Positions 26,080 through 36,451 of a DNA stretch of 64,000 nt are shown here, piece after piece. Position 1 is the first letter of the stretch. The number at the start of each line of letters is the position of its first letter. Under the pieces are notes generated by a model. That model ran no database searches. It saw only the letters and a list, made by a program, of their open reading frames with translations, and was not told the origin of the DNA. The translations under genes were made by a program, and so were the position numbers. Origin of the DNA: Verrucomicrobiales bacterium (lineage in GTDB: Bacteria > Verrucomicrobiota > Verrucomicrobiia > Verrucomicrobiales > V1-33); the NCBI GenBank assembly GCA_018003315.1, contig JAGNEJ010000002.1, positions 27,267 through 91,266 of the forward strand, in the 5' to 3' direction.

Positions 26080-29000
26080 CTAGGGATTCAGCGCAGCCGC
26101 CACGCGCAGGAAGAGGCGGTCCACCATCCCGCTCATGGGCGTATTGCTGCGCCAGGTGATGGTGTAGCTTCCGTCGGGATTGATGGTTTGGCTCACCAGG
26201 GTAAACGTGCCGGAAAGCGGCTGCCAACCGGTGAGGGCAGTACTCGCCTCCGGTTCGTAGGTGTAGCCATCCGAAGCCCGTCCCCGCGTGTAGGAGAACG
26301 TGAGATAATCTTCCGGCGCACCCATCGGAGGCGTGTAGGACATGGTGCCGGTGACGGGCCAGTGCTGCGAAGCGCCATCGGAACTGGATGTTCCGGAAGC
26401 ATATTCCAGGAGGTTGCTGGCGCCGTCGCCATCATCGTCCAGCAGGGCGCTGGCAGGTCCCGGCCCGGCAGCCCCAGCCGCTTCCCCTGGCGTGCCATTC
26501 ACCTGGAAGCTGGCGCGCCAGTTGATGGGAAGATTGTGGTCGGGATTCGCCGCGGGATTGTTGAGCACCAGGCTGTAGCCGCCGCTGTCGGGCTCGGTGG
26601 GCCAGGGGGCATTGTCGTCGTAGGTAAAGTCCTTGATGGTGCCACCGGGACCGGTGACGACCACCCGTTCGCCCTGGTTGCTGAGGTTGCCATCCATCAC
26701 GCCGACGACCTTCACTCCGGGGCCGGGCGCATAGCGGAAGTTAAATGCAGCGGCATGCCCCACCACGAGGGCGCGCCCACCGGGAGGCAGAACGCGCAAG
26801 TTTGCGTCCATGGTCGGCCAGGTGAAAAGGAAGGAGTTGCTGAATGAGACGCCGGACATGTCCACCGAACTGCTGCCGATGTTCATCACTTCGAGATACT
26901 CGAACATGTTGTCGTCGTTGTATCCGGCGGTGATTTCTGCACCGGTGGGAGTGGAGGGATTGTACATGATTTCGGAAACAACGATGTTGGAAGCCGAGGC
27001 GGGAACCGTGTCCACCACGAAGGTGGCTTCGGTGACCGGCGTGGCTTCACCGGATGCCGTGTCCACCTGGCGGGCGCGGATGGTGGTGCTCGCATTGATG
27101 GTCAGCGGTCCGGAGTAAAGCTGCGCCACCGGCGAGATGCCGCCGGGTGCGGCCGGGGTGCCTCCGACGTCACCGTCGAGTTTGAAGCGCATCAGGAAGT
27201 CGGAACTTCCGACGCCGTAGTTCATCCCGTGAATGGCCAGCACGTTGGTGCCGACACGCAGCGCCGCGAGGGCGCTGGCGATGTTGTAGGTGGTGAACTC
27301 CTTGTAAACCAAAGCATCGTTGTCACTGCCAGGCTGCAGGGCGGTCGAACCGATATTCCATGGGAGGCCGGCGGGTGCATTGCTGTCGGAAATGCGCACC
27401 CCGTTGACATAGGCGACAAAACCGTCGTCCACCCGGCCATAGATGCGCAGGCCAGTCAGATTCACGAGGTCCGCTGCAGTCAGGGTGAACGGCAGCCGGA
27501 TAAAGCAGGTCTGGTTCACATTTTGCATCGTGGATCCGTAAATCACCGGAGGAACCGGACTGGCTCCAGCCGCAATGTTGGCGGAAGTGCCCATGAAGAT
27601 GTTGATGTAGGGATAAAAGCTCACCGCCGACAGGGTGTTGTCATAGCCGACGCCGTTGAGGCCAGAGACCCAGGCGGGCGATCCTGCGACCAGATTGCCG
27701 GAATCGAAGTCCCATTCCTTCCAGTTTCTAGCGGGCAGCTGGTTGTCAATGCCGCCTCCCGTGTTGGTGTCGCTGGTGGGCCGGACCACGGAGCAGGCGT
27801 TGTTGTCCAGCACGAACGGACGGGGCGTGCCCCAAACGGCGGAGGTCGGAGGAAGAATGGGGTCGGTGCCGTCTGTGGTGTAATAGATGGGACCGGAGGA
27901 ATAGTTGAGTGCGCCGCCCTTGCCATACAACGTGGCCGCAGGCGGCGTGCCGGCATAGGGCGAAATCGTCAGGGTTTGCCCGGCATTGACGCTGCCGCCA
28001 GCATGACTGAACACCGGCGGACGCAGAATGGTGTTGGTGCTGCCGGCAAAGAAGGCATTGTCGATCCAATCGAGGCGCTTGATGAGCCAGGCGCGGACGT
28101 GGGCCATGTCGGAAGTGACGGTTTCCAGGCCATATTCGTTGGCGGCAGTGCCGGTGAGCGCCAGCGCCGTGGCGGCGCTCATGGGACTGGCCCAGCGCTG
28201 GCGGGTGCCGAAGCCGTCGGCATTCGGCCAGTCATAAATGCCAATGCGCTGGTAGCGGGCATTTTGCCGCCCAGCGGGACATTCAACATTGGGGACGCTG
28301 TTGGGAAAGGCGCCGGTGCCATTGGTGATGTCGGAAGTGCCGGGGAGATTGTCCCGCAGCGTGGCTTCCATGCCGTCGAGCCGGCTGAGGATGGCATTGT
28401 TTTCAAAAATCCCGCGGCGATGCTGCCAGTAGAGATCCCAGCGGCGCACATTGGTCGGGGCGTGGGCAAACATCTTCTGCCAGTAGGTGTATTCGATGCC
28501 GCCGGCCAGGGGGTAATACCATCCGGTAGGGTCCATGCCGGCATTGTAATTGGCATTGCCAAGGCTCAGGTTGTAGTCCCACAGCGGGAAGGCCCGGAGT
28601 TTTTCGCCGCGGTCCTTGTGGAAGTAGGTGCTCAAGCGGTAGCCGTCGATCTGCTTGAAGATTTCCACCCACCACGCGTTATAGATGAAACTCTCCACGT
28701 CGGCATACTTGTAGAAATTGTTCACCGGATCATTGGGCGTATTGAGCGAGGCCTCGAACCGGTTCATGTAGCTCTGAATGTAACTGAGCTGCGCGGGACT
28801 GGGCGCGGAGGGTTCCACCACCTGGAGGTTCCAGTTGGTGGTGTTGAAATTCGGTTCGGGTGAAGCCTTGTCACGCCGGACGATGTAGCCGCCGCTGATG
28901 ACCGCGGCGTCGTCCACGGCGGGATTGTTGGTAAAGACGCCGTCCGTGGGCTCCAGTTTTTCGATGTCCACGCGGTCATTGCCGCGCTTGATCTTTTCCG

Positions 29001-31032
29001 TCAGGATATAGACCCCTCGGTAATCCTCCCAGCCGAGGTTGCTGCCGGCGATCTGATTAAAAAACACCTCCACATACATCGTGCGGCCGGAGGCGGACGG
29101 ACCGGCGGCATCGCGGTAGGTTTGGTACGGCAGAATATTCCGCACCAGCGCCTTGTCGTTGTAGTTGGAGAGCAGCACCCAGTCGGATTCAGCCGGCATC
29201 CCGAGAATGCTGGCATCCTTGTCCTCGTCGTCATTGTCCCAGAGTTCCCAGGCATAAGGCTTCTGGGGGAAACCGGCGGAGGTTTCCCCGCGCAGGTGGG
29301 TGCCGCACCGGCCCTGAAAATCGATGTTCGCCGCAGCATCGAGAATGGTGCGATTGCCCCGGGCGGCATCTGGCGCCACCACCACGCTGAAGGTGGACCG
29401 GAATGGCCGCAGCCCCGGCGTGCCCCCGGCACCATCAATGTTGATGCCAAAGCTGTCGAATACGATGACCGGCAGGTTGGAATTGAAGGGACCCGCACCC
29501 CGGTAGTTGTTCAGATTGGCGGCCAGCGAAATGTAACCGCGAGAGGTGATGTCACCCGGCAGGTGATTGGGCTCGAAGACGCTGGCACGCACCATGGTGG
29601 AGGTGGTGATGTTCAACGGCGTCGTATACAGGGCCGAAGAAGGCGTCGGCGGCGTATTGTCAGTGGTGTAGCGGATGACCGAACCGGGTCCGGGCTGGGA
29701 TGCGGGGGGCGGAGCAACGGAAAGCGTGAGCGCAAATGGTCCCGTGATGAGGCCGCCATCCCTGCTGAAGGCTACTTCACCCAGGGATGGACCGCCGGGC
29801 GACTGGGTGCCGTTGTTCTTGTTTCCAGGAGTGGGAGTTCCAAAAAAGCCCACCGTCGGCCAGGACGACCAGGCATGGCCGTAGCTCACATCCTCGAATT
29901 GTGCAGGGTAGGTATTCAGCGCATCCACCTCCGTGACCCCTTGATAGAGGCCCAGATAACCGCCGGTCACCGACGGTTTGAAATTGGTGTGCAGCCGGGT
30001 GTCCGGTGCCGCTGGTGGTGGATTGCCGTGCCCGAAATATACGAGCAGGTGGGAATAGGCGTTGACGGTGACTCCGTTGGGAAACACCCACTTGGCCGGC
30101 AGGGCGGCGTTGTCGGTCAGCGCCCAGCCGTCGAGCAGGATCGGGTTGGCGGTACCGTTGTAGAGTTCCACCCAGCCGGGGGTCTGGCCGTGCTCATCTT
30201 CATACAGCGAGTTGTCGAGCAAAATTTCGGAAATGGCCAGACTGGGCGTAGCCGTGCCCACGCCAGGCGTGGCGGTGAGCACAAAGTTATCGATGGCGAC
30301 AAATTCATTGGCCCCGCCGGTGCGGCAAGCGAAGGCGAAGACGTTGCTGTCCGAAGCCACCAGTCCCGGAATGCTGACGCCGCTGAAGTTCGCATTGGTC
30401 AGGAATCCGGTGGTGGTCATGCTGGCCCCGTCCACCGGATTCCAGGCGACGATCACATGACCTGTGTAGCTGGTGCCATCCAGAAGGATGTTGCCCACGT
30501 TCTGCGCGTGAATGAACTCCCCTCCGGCCGGATAAGCCGCGATGCGCACCCCGTTGTCTCCGCCGTTGATGTTGTAGGTATCAATCTGAAAGGCGATGTG
30601 GTTGAACGTCTGCGTCCATCCGTGCTCCGGGCCGCCGACATTGGCGGAAAGGCTCGCATCCAGCGGGAAGTTGCCCCAGTTAAAGGACAAGCCGTCCGCA
30701 GGATTGCCCTCGCCGGAGGCATCGGTGATGGTCACGTCGAACTCCGCCGTCCATCCGTTGGCCGCGCCGACGAAGCCGGGGATCTTGAAGGTTGCATTTT
30801 CACTATTCACTCCGTCGCGGGTGAGGCGGAGTTTGCCAGCCTGCACGGAGGCCCCTCCAGTGCTGGCGATGATCGTGCCGTTGCCAACATTGGTGACATT
30901 GTCGGCAAACGAATCGAAGTTTTCCGTATAGACGGCAGCAGGCAAACTGCCGACGAGTGCGAGCCATGCACATGGGGCGCAGCCGAGGGGGCGGGAGTGG
31001 CGGGGTGTTTTCATAATGGGGTGGTTAGCCAT
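26080..31032 (-). CDS. giant secreted CotH-kinase-family protein with lectin/LamG-like N-domain and two lamin-tail (LTD) domains
   Basis: Signal peptide (MKTPRHSRPLGCAPCAWLALVGSLPAA; ATG 31014 is an alternative start). LTD 1 is ISEILLDNSLYEDEHGQTPGWVELYNGTANPILLDGWALTDN. The CotH core is YVEVFFNQ..YRGVYILTEKIKRGNDRVDIEKL. There are chitobiase-C-like segments (IRYTTDNTPPTPSS, IYYTTDGTDP). LTD 2 is VVSEIMYNPS..FEYLEVMNIGSSSVDMSGVSF. The tail carries DDDGDG. Confidence 0.8.
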   Translation of the reverse strand: MANHPIMKTPRHSRPLGCAPCAWLALVGSLPAAVYTENFDSFADNVTNVGNGTIIASTGGASVQAGKLRLTRDGVNSENATFKIPGFVGAANGWTAEFDVTITDASGEGNPADGLSFNWGNFPLDASLSANVGGPEHGWTQTFNHIAFQIDTYNINGGDNGVRIAAYPAGGEFIHAQNVGNILLDGTSYTGHVIVAWNPVDGASMTTTGFLTNANFSGVSIPGLVASDSNVFAFACRTGGANEFVAIDNFVLTATPGVGTATPSLAISEILLDNSLYEDEHGQTPGWVELYNGTANPILLDGWALTDNAALPAKWVFPNGVTVNAYSHLLVYFGHGNPPPAAPDTRLHTNFKPSVTGGYLGLYQGVTEVDALNTYPAQFEDVSYGHAWSSWPTVGFFGTPTPGNKNNGTQSPGGPSLGEVAFSRDGGLITGPFALTLSVAPPPASQPGPGSVIRYTTDNTPPTPSSALYTTPLNITTSTMVRASVFEPNHLPGDITSRGYISLAANLNNYRGAGPFNSNLPVIVFDSFGINIDGAGGTPGLRPFRSTFSVVVAPDAARGNRTILDAAANIDFQGRCGTHLRGETSAGFPQKPYAWELWDNDDEDKDASILGMPAESDWVLLSNYNDKALVRNILPYQTYRDAAGPSASGRTMYVEVFFNQIAGSNLGWEDYRGVYILTEKIKRGNDRVDIEKLEPTDGVFTNNPAVDDAAVISGGYIVRRDKASPEPNFNTTNWNLQVVEPSAPSPAQLSYIQSYMNRFEASLNTPNDPVNNFYKYADVESFIYNAWWVEIFKQIDGYRLSTYFHKDRGEKLRAFPLWDYNLSLGNANYNAGMDPTGWYYPLAGGIEYTYWQKMFAHAPTNVRRWDLYWQHRRGIFENNAILSRLDGMEATLRDNLPGTSDITNGTGAFPNSVPNVECPAGRQNARYQRIGIYDWPNADGFGTRQRWASPMSAATALALTGTAANEYGLETVTSDMAHVRAWLIKRLDWIDNAFFAGSTNTILRPPVFSHAGGSVNAGQTLTISPYAGTPPAATLYGKGGALNYSSGPIYYTTDGTDPILPPTSAVWGTPRPFVLDNNACSVVRPTSDTNTGGGIDNQLPARNWKEWDFDSGNLVAGSPAWVSGLNGVGYDNTLSAVSFYPYINIFMGTSANIAAGASPVPPVIYGSTMQNVNQTCFIRLPFTLTAADLVNLTGLRIYGRVDDGFVAYVNGVRISDSNAPAGLPWNIGSTALQPGSDNDALVYKEFTTYNIASALAALRVGTNVLAIHGMNYGVGSSDFLMRFKLDGDVGGTPAAPGGISPVAQLYSGPLTINASTTIRARQVDTASGEATPVTEATFVVDTVPASASNIVVSEIMYNPSTPTGAEITAGYNDDNMFEYLEVMNIGSSSVDMSGVSFSNSFLFTWPTMDANLRVLPPGGRALVVGHAAAFNFRYAPGPGVKVVGVMDGNLSNQGERVVVTGPGGTIKDFTYDDNAPWPTEPDSGGYSLVLNNPAANPDHNLPINWRASFQVNGTPGEAAGAAGPGPASALLDDDGDGASNLLEYASGTSSSDGASQHWPVTGTMSYTPPMGAPEDYLTFSYTRGRASDGYTYEPEASTALTGWQPLSGTFTLVSQTINPDGSYTITWRSNTPMSGMVDRLFLRVAAALNP

Positions 31033-31106
31033 GACCGGTTCAGTAAATTCCGTGCATCATAAGGCTCCCCCCCCTGCGGAGGGGAAGAAAAATCTGCCCC
31101 CCATCG

Positions 31107-31134
31107 AAAAAAAAATCCGCACACCCCGGTGCGG
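31107..31134 (-). terminator. rho-independent terminator downstream of PEPCK gene
   Basis: The minus strand reads ccgcac-cggggt-gtgcgg (6-bp stem) followed by a T9 run (plus-strand a9 at 31107-31115). It lies about 125 nt after the stop at 31260. Confidence 0.55.
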
Positions 31135-31259
31135 GCCACGGAGCAGGCGTTGCGCTGTGCTGCGTCCAAAGGATGCAGGGCCGGAGGATGCCGAACGGCC
31201 ATTCCCGCCGCACAGCAAACCCCGTTCCGTCAGGTTAGGGTTGCGCCCTGCCCGCACGG

Positions 31260-33050
31260 CTACAGGCGGGCGCTGAGCAATTCCCGCTGATACACCAGTT
31301 CCTTCGGCAGGTGATCATAGAGCTTCAGGAAAAGTTCCCCCTGCGAAATCACTTCCGTCTTCCATTCCGCTGCATGGAAGGCCATGCAGGCATCGAAGTC
31401 ATCGCGGGAAAATCCGGGCAGTCCGTCGATGCGGAAATCCTCGAAATGAGGCACCCAGCCGATCTGGGTTTCGTGCCCGGCAATGTGCCCCTGGCAGCGT
31501 TTAATGATCCATTCCAGCACCCGCATGTTTTCTCCAAAGCCCGGCCAGAGGAATTCCCCGCCTGGTCCCCTGCGAAACCAGTTCACATGGAAGATGCGCG
31601 GCGGATAGTGGATGCGGCGGCGCATTTCGATCCAGTGCTGGAAGTAGTCGCCCATGTTGTAGCCGCAAAAAGGCAGCATGGCCATGGGATCGCGCCGCAC
31701 CTGGCCAACCGAACCGGCGGCCGCAGCGGTGGTTTCGCTGCCCATGGTGGCCCCCATGTAAACGCCGTGGGTCCAGTTGAATGCCTGATAGACCAGCGGC
31801 ATGGTGCTGGGGCGGCGGCCCCCGAAAATGATGGCGCTAACCGGTACCCCTTCCGGATTTTCCCAGTCGGGATCCACGCTGGGACACTGCCGGATGGGGG
31901 TGGTGAATCGGCTGTTCGGATGTGCGGCGGGCGTCCCTTTCTCCGGAGTCCACGGCTGTCCGCGCCAGTCGGTGAGTCCCTCCGGCGGGGTCTCCGTCAG
32001 CCCCTCCCACCAGACGTCGTTGTCAGCAGTCCGGGCAACGTTGGTGAAGATGGTGTTGGCGGCCATGGACTGCATGGCACTGGGATTGGAGTGCCAGTTG
32101 GTGCCCGGGGCCACGCCGAAGAAGCCGCACTCCGGATTGATGGCGTGCAGCCGGCCATCCTCATGCGGCCAGAGCCAGGCGATGTCGTCGCCGACCAGGG
32201 TCGCCTTCCACCCCTCGTAACCCTTTGGCGGAATGATCATGGCCAGGTTGGTTTTTCCGCAGGCACTGGGAAAGGCGGCGGTGACGTAGGTTTTTCGGCC
32301 TTCCGGGTTTTCAATGCCAAGGATGAGCATGTGCTCGGCCATCCAGCCTTCGTCGCGCGCCCTTGCGCTGGCGATGCGCAGGGCCAGGCACTTTTTGCCC
32401 AGCAGCGCATTGCCGCCATAACCGCTGCCATAGCTCCAAATGCTGCCTTCGTCGGGGAAATGGACGATGTATTTTTCCGGGTTGCAGGGCCAGGCGACAT
32501 CCGGCTCGCCTGCGGCCAGGGGTTTCCCCACGGAATGCAGACACGGGACAAAGGGGCCGTCGCTCCCGAGTTTCTCCAGCACCGCCGCTCCCATGCGGGT
32601 CATGATGCGCATGGAAATGACCACATAGGGACTGTCGGTGATTTCGATGCCGATCCTGCGCAGTGGGGAATCCAAGGGTCCCATGCAAAACGGCACCACA
32701 TACAGGGTGCGCCCCTTCATGCAGCCGTCAAAGAATCCTCGCAGCGCCGCCTTCATTTCAGCGGGCTCCCTCCAGTTGTTGGTCGGTCCGGCATCCGCCT
32801 GGCGGCGGCTGCAGATAAACGTGCGTTCCTCGACCCGGGCCACATCCGCGGGATCGGACAAGGCCAGATGGCTGTTCGGGCGTTTTTCCGGATTCAGCGG
32901 CTGCAGCGTCCCGCCCGCCACCAGTTTGGCGATCAATTCCCGGTTTTCCTGCTCGCTGCCAGTGCAGATGTGGATGGCATCGGGCTTGGTGAGGGAAGCG
33001 GTTTCCTCTATCCATTGCAGCAGCTCGGGATGATGAATGGTGGTGGTCAT
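31260..33050 (-). CDS. pckG: phosphoenolpyruvate carboxykinase (GTP)
   Basis: ORF 31260..33140. ATG 33050 gives [24 protein letters not shown] motifs are [12 protein letters not shown] (kinase-1a), GDDIAWL and WEGL..W. Similar along the full length. Confidence 0.95.
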   Translation of the reverse strand: MTTTIHHPELLQWIEETASLTKPDAIHICTGSEQENRELIAKLVAGGTLQPLNPEKRPNSHLALSDPADVARVEERTFICSRRQADAGPTNNWREPAEMKAALRGFFDGCMKGRTLYVVPFCMGPLDSPLRRIGIEITDSPYVVISMRIMTRMGAAVLEKLGSDGPFVPCLHSVGKPLAAGEPDVAWPCNPEKYIVHFPDEGSIWSYGSGYGGNALLGKKCLALRIASARARDEGWMAEHMLILGIENPEGRKTYVTAAFPSACGKTNLAMIIPPKGYEGWKATLVGDDIAWLWPHEDGRLHAINPECGFFGVAPGTNWHSNPSAMQSMAANTIFTNVARTADNDVWWEGLTETPPEGLTDWRGQPWTPEKGTPAAHPNSRFTTPIRQCPSVDPDWENPEGVPVSAIIFGGRRPSTMPLVYQAFNWTHGVYMGATMGSETTAAAAGSVGQVRRDPMAMLPFCGYNMGDYFQHWIEMRRRIHYPPRIFHVNWFRRGPGGEFLWPGFGENMRVLEWIIKRCQGHIAGHETQIGWVPHFEDFRIDGLPGFSRDDFDACMAFHAAEWKTEVISQGELFLKLYDHLPKELVYQRELLSARL

Positions 33051-33187
33051 GCGGAAAGGTTGGAACAATGCTCGGAAGCGCGTGGAAAATTGCAGTGAAA
33101 ACGGATGAATGCGGCGGTCGCGGCAACCCTGACCGGTCACGCCGCGGAGAGAATGCCCGCCGTCAGCGCCACCTGGGACGCGGCACC

Positions 33188-34411
33188 CTAGCGTTGCAGA
33201 ATGGCGGCGTAAAATCCATCGCTATTCTGCCGGTCGGGGAACAGATGATACTCCTTGTCCAGCCGCCACGAGGCCCCTGCCTTGGTTTCCAGGAACGCGG
33301 CCACCTGAGCTTCATTTTCCTCCGGCAGGATGCTGCAGGTGGCATAGACCAGCGTCCCTCCTGGCTTCACCATGGCCGCATATTTCTTCAAAATGTCCGC
33401 CTGCAGCGCCACGAGCCGGGTCAGCTCCTTGGGGTTGAGCTTCCATTTGGTGTCCGGCGAGCGGCGCAGCACCCCCATGCCGGAACAGGGCACGTCCAGC
33501 AGCACCCGGTCCGCCCCGGCGGGAAGTTTTGACGCCGCCTCCTTGCCGGTCAGCAACTGGGTTTCCACAATCGTTGCTCCGCCGCGCTGGCAGCGTTCTT
33601 CCAGCTCGCCCAGTTTCGCCTGCTCGACATCCAGCGCCAAAAGGCGTCCCTGGTTTTCCATCAGGGCCGCCAGGTGCAGGGTCTTGCCGCCTGCGCCGGC
33701 ACAGGCGTCGATAACAAACTCGCCGGGCTGCGCTCCCAGCAGCGGGGCGATCATCTGGGAGCCGGCATCCTGCACTTCCGCCAGCCCGTCGCGAATGACG
33801 GGGGATGTCGCCAGGTTTCTCCTTTCGACAAGGCGCAGGCCGTCGGGCGCTTCGGCCACGATTTCGGAGGCGACTTCCTCCTTGGCCAGTCGTTTGCGCA
33901 GTTCGTCGCGGGTGATTTTCAACCGGTTGGCTCGCAGGAAAACATCCGCCGGATTGTTGAGCGCCTCCAGTAGATCCGGCCAGCGTTCGCCGTAGGCGGC
34001 ATCGCACTTTCGGTGAATCCACGCCGGCAAGGAACCCGCCACCGCCAAATCCGAGATCGCAGCACCGCGCTGCACCACTTCGGACGGAATGAGGCTTACG
34101 GGCATTTCCATGGACGGTGCCGCGCCATGGACGTCGATCCACCAAGCCAGCCAGACCTTCCACACGGCTTCCGTGGTGATCCGGTCTGAGAGGCAAAAAT
34201 CCGCCGCGGGCAAGCCGGCCAGATGCCAGAGACGACGCCAATGGCGGACGATTTCATAGACGGATTCGGCAAAAAACCTCCGGTCCCGGGCGCCCCATTT
34301 CAAATGCGAGCGCAGATGTCCGCCCACGGTGCGTTCCGCCGGTCGTCCGTTGGCGAAGATCTCGCGCAAGGCCAGGACAACGGCATCGACCAGGTGACGG
34401 TGCAGCGTCAC
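33188..34411 (-). CDS. rsmB: 16S rRNA m5C methyltransferase, RsmB/Sun family
   Basis: SAM motif [14 protein letters not shown], catalytic motifs [15 protein letters not shown] and [14 protein letters not shown], and a NusB-like N-domain. GTG 34411 overlaps the upstream stop (GTGA). The track's GTG at 34489 would overlap by 82 nt. Confidence 0.8.
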   Translation of the reverse strand: MTLHRHLVDAVVLALREIFANGRPAERTVGGHLRSHLKWGARDRRFFAESVYEIVRHWRRLWHLAGLPAADFCLSDRITTEAVWKVWLAWWIDVHGAAPSMEMPVSLIPSEVVQRGAAISDLAVAGSLPAWIHRKCDAAYGERWPDLLEALNNPADVFLRANRLKITRDELRKRLAKEEVASEIVAEAPDGLRLVERRNLATSPVIRDGLAEVQDAGSQMIAPLLGAQPGEFVIDACAGAGGKTLHLAALMENQGRLLALDVEQAKLGELEERCQRGGATIVETQLLTGKEAASKLPAGADRVLLDVPCSGMGVLRRSPDTKWKLNPKELTRLVALQADILKKYAAMVKPGGTLVYATCSILPEENEAQVAAFLETKAGASWRLDKEYHLFPDRQNSDGFYAAILQR

Positions 34412-34884
34412 GGCGCCGTCCCTCCACCGGTTGCATGGCGCGGCATCAGCGTGATGCGCTTGAGGCGTCCGGAATCCTCCGGCGACCACGATTTCACGTC
34501 AGGATCCCCGGCAAACAGCGTGTGCACCATTCTCCGATGATAGGAATTCATGGGAGGCAGCTTGATGGCATGGCCGCTGAGCCGCACCCTTTCCGCTGCG
34601 GCCCTGACTTCATCCAGCATCTGATCCTCCTTCATTTCCCGGAAATGCGCCACATCCACCCGCACCTTGGGAGCCCCGGCATCCTTGGCCTGGAGCAGGC
34701 GGTTTACGAGATACTGAAGGTCCTCGAGCCGCTCCGCATGTTCCCCGATCAATGCTTCCGCATGCTCCATGTTCACCTGAAGCACCGGACCCGATGGCGT
34801 CTCCTCGACATCGATTTGAGCGGTGAACCCCAGATGCCCCAGCATCGTATCAAGGATTTCGTAGGCGTTTTCAGCGGCAGTCAT
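34408..34884 (-). CDS. KH plus R3H domain RNA-binding protein (Jag/KhpB-like)
   Basis: ORF 34408..35118. ATG 34884 gives MTAAENAYEILDTMLGHLGF. The R3H motif is LPPMNSYHRRMVHTLF. Confidence 0.8.
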   Translation of the reverse strand: MTAAENAYEILDTMLGHLGFTAQIDVEETPSGPVLQVNMEHAEALIGEHAERLEDLQYLVNRLLQAKDAGAPKVRVDVAHFREMKEDQMLDEVRAAAERVRLSGHAIKLPPMNSYHRRMVHTLFAGDPDVKSWSPEDSGRLKRITLMPRHATGGGTAP

Positions 34885-35173
34885 GTGGCTCCAATGGCAG
34901 GGTGAGGAGGATGGGTAGTCGAAAGTTTCGCACAGGGAAGGAGAAAATGCAGGCGATGCCGGGACAACGCAAATCAAGACTTTGCCCGCCGCGGGGAACA
35001 ACCCATCCCGTTCCGGACAGGCAGAATCCACGAGGCCTTGCGCCCAAACATCCCGCGGGAAATCAGGAAGTCTGCCCCCGGGCGGATTGCTCCATGGCCT
35101 GTCTGCCCCCCATGCCAATCAGAGGGGCATGGCACAAACATACGGCATCCGCCCAAAAGGCTCGGACCGGGGA

Positions 35174-36121
35174 TCACTGGAAGAGGACATCGTAGATGTT
35201 TTCCTCCTCGTCATCGTCGTCGTCATATTCATACCCACCGCCGGCGGCCTGGGCTGCCTGATTCTTCTTCTTGGCTCCCTTGAGGGGACGGGGGCCCGGG
35301 TCTTCCTTCTTCTGCAGCGCCCGGCGCAGTTTTTTCAGGGCGATGTTCTGCAGCTGACGAATGCGCTCGCGGGTCACGCCAAATTCCTGTCCCACCTCCT
35401 CCAGGGTTTTCGGTTTCTGGCCATTGAGTCCGAAGCGGGCGTCGATGATTTTCCGTTCCCGTCCGTCCAGCACGTCCAGCAGCCCGTCGAGCTGGTCATG
35501 CATGTTCCGGTGGCTCAGAATCTCATGCGGATTCTGTGCCCGGTCGTCGCCGATGATTTCCCCAAACTCGGTGCTGTCATCGTCCGAGATCGGCGCATCC
35601 AGCGAGGCCGGACGCAGGCTGGCGGCTTTGAGCTGGGCGAGTTTCGCCCGGTCGATCCCGATCTCTTCAGACAATTCATCGTCCGTCGGCTCCCGGCCAA
35701 GATCCTCCGACATGGCCATGGCAACCCGCCGCATCTTGGAAATTTTATCTACCATGTGAACGGGCAGACGAATGGTTTTCGACTGGTTGGCCAGCGCCCG
35801 CTTGATGCTCTGCTTGATCCACCAGGCGGCATAGGTCGAAAGTTTCCCACCCTTGTTGGGGTCGAACCGCTCCACCGCCTTCATCAGGCCGATGTTGCCT
35901 TCCGAAATCAAATCCAGCAGCGGCAATCCGTAATTGGCATAGTCCTGAGCGATCTTCACCACCAGCCGGAGATTGGCCTTGATCATGTGGGCCCGCGCCT
36001 CCTTGTCCCCCCGCTTGATGCGGGCGGCAAGCTTGACTTCCTCTTCCGGAGTCAGCAGCGGGGTTTTGCCAATTTCACGAAGATAGATTTTGATGCCTCC
36101 GTCGAGTTCGAGGTTTGCCAT
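35174..36121 (-). CDS. RpoD-family sigma-70 factor (regions 1.2-4 only) with basic/acidic C-terminal extension
   Basis: IKIYLREIGKTPLLTPEEE (region 1.2), RLVVKIAQDY..GLPLLDLISEGNIGLMKAVERFD and STYAAWWIKQSIKRAL (region 2), and EVGQEFGVTRERIRQLQNIALKKLR (region 4.2). The tail is KKEDPGPRPLKGAKKKNQ..YEYDDDDDEEENIYDVLFQ. Confidence 0.9.
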   Translation of the reverse strand: MANLELDGGIKIYLREIGKTPLLTPEEEVKLAARIKRGDKEARAHMIKANLRLVVKIAQDYANYGLPLLDLISEGNIGLMKAVERFDPNKGGKLSTYAAWWIKQSIKRALANQSKTIRLPVHMVDKISKMRRVAMAMSEDLGREPTDDELSEEIGIDRAKLAQLKAASLRPASLDAPISDDDSTEFGEIIGDDRAQNPHEILSHRNMHDQLDGLLDVLDGRERKIIDARFGLNGQKPKTLEEVGQEFGVTRERIRQLQNIALKKLRRALQKKEDPGPRPLKGAKKKNQAAQAAGGGYEYDDDDDEEENIYDVLFQ

Positions 36122-36361
36122 GGTAATGAGGTCGGGTTGAAAAGAATGCTGGGGGCGGGGTTTCCAGTGGATCGGTTGACCGCACCCAATTGAAATACGT
36201 TGAAAATGCCGCGCTGTTGTCGGTTTTCTTTAAGGAAAAGCGGCACCCACCGGCGATTTTGTTTAGCATTGGAGGGATTTTCGCGGGGAAACCGGCAGTT
36301 CACCACAGATGCATCCAACCCGTCAATGCTTTCTCCAAAAGAATTTGTTTAATTTTCTATG

Positions 36362-36389
36362 ATTTTAAGGAAAATAATCATTCCAGCAA
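36362..36389 (-). promoter_or_regulatory. candidate sigma-70 promoter for the RpoD-family gene
   Basis: The minus strand reads TTGCTG, a 16-nt spacer, then TAAAAT. It lies about 20 nt downstream of the acpP terminator in the most AT-rich intergenic region of the window. This is a motif match only. Confidence 0.3.
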
Positions 36390-36408
36390 GACAAAACCCG
36401 TCTTTCCC

Positions 36409-36451
36409 AAAAAAACCACGAAGGGTACTCCCTCCTGGGAGCACCCTTCGT
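36409..36451 (-). terminator. rho-independent terminator of acpP
   Basis: Arm 36419-36432 (cgaagggtactccc) pairs with arm 36437-36450 (gggagcacccttcg) at 13 of 14 positions, with a tcct loop. On the minus strand it is followed by tgg and ttttttt (plus-strand a7 at 36409-36415). Confidence 0.8.

Noticed and set aside
27229-31062. Plus-strand ORFs 27229..28863 (544 aa) and 29122..31062 (646 aa)
   Set aside because: They are antisense to the CotH/LTD giant gene, whose minus-strand frame carries clear LTD and CotH motifs.
31311-33098. 595-aa plus-strand ORF
   Set aside because: It is antisense to GTP-PEPCK, which is unambiguous on the minus strand.
35100-35173. Short hairpin (ccatgcc..ggcatgg) downstream of the sigma gene stop, considered as a terminator
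   Set aside because: It has only a 7-bp stem with a 9-nt loop and no following U-tract on the minus strand, so the support is insufficient.
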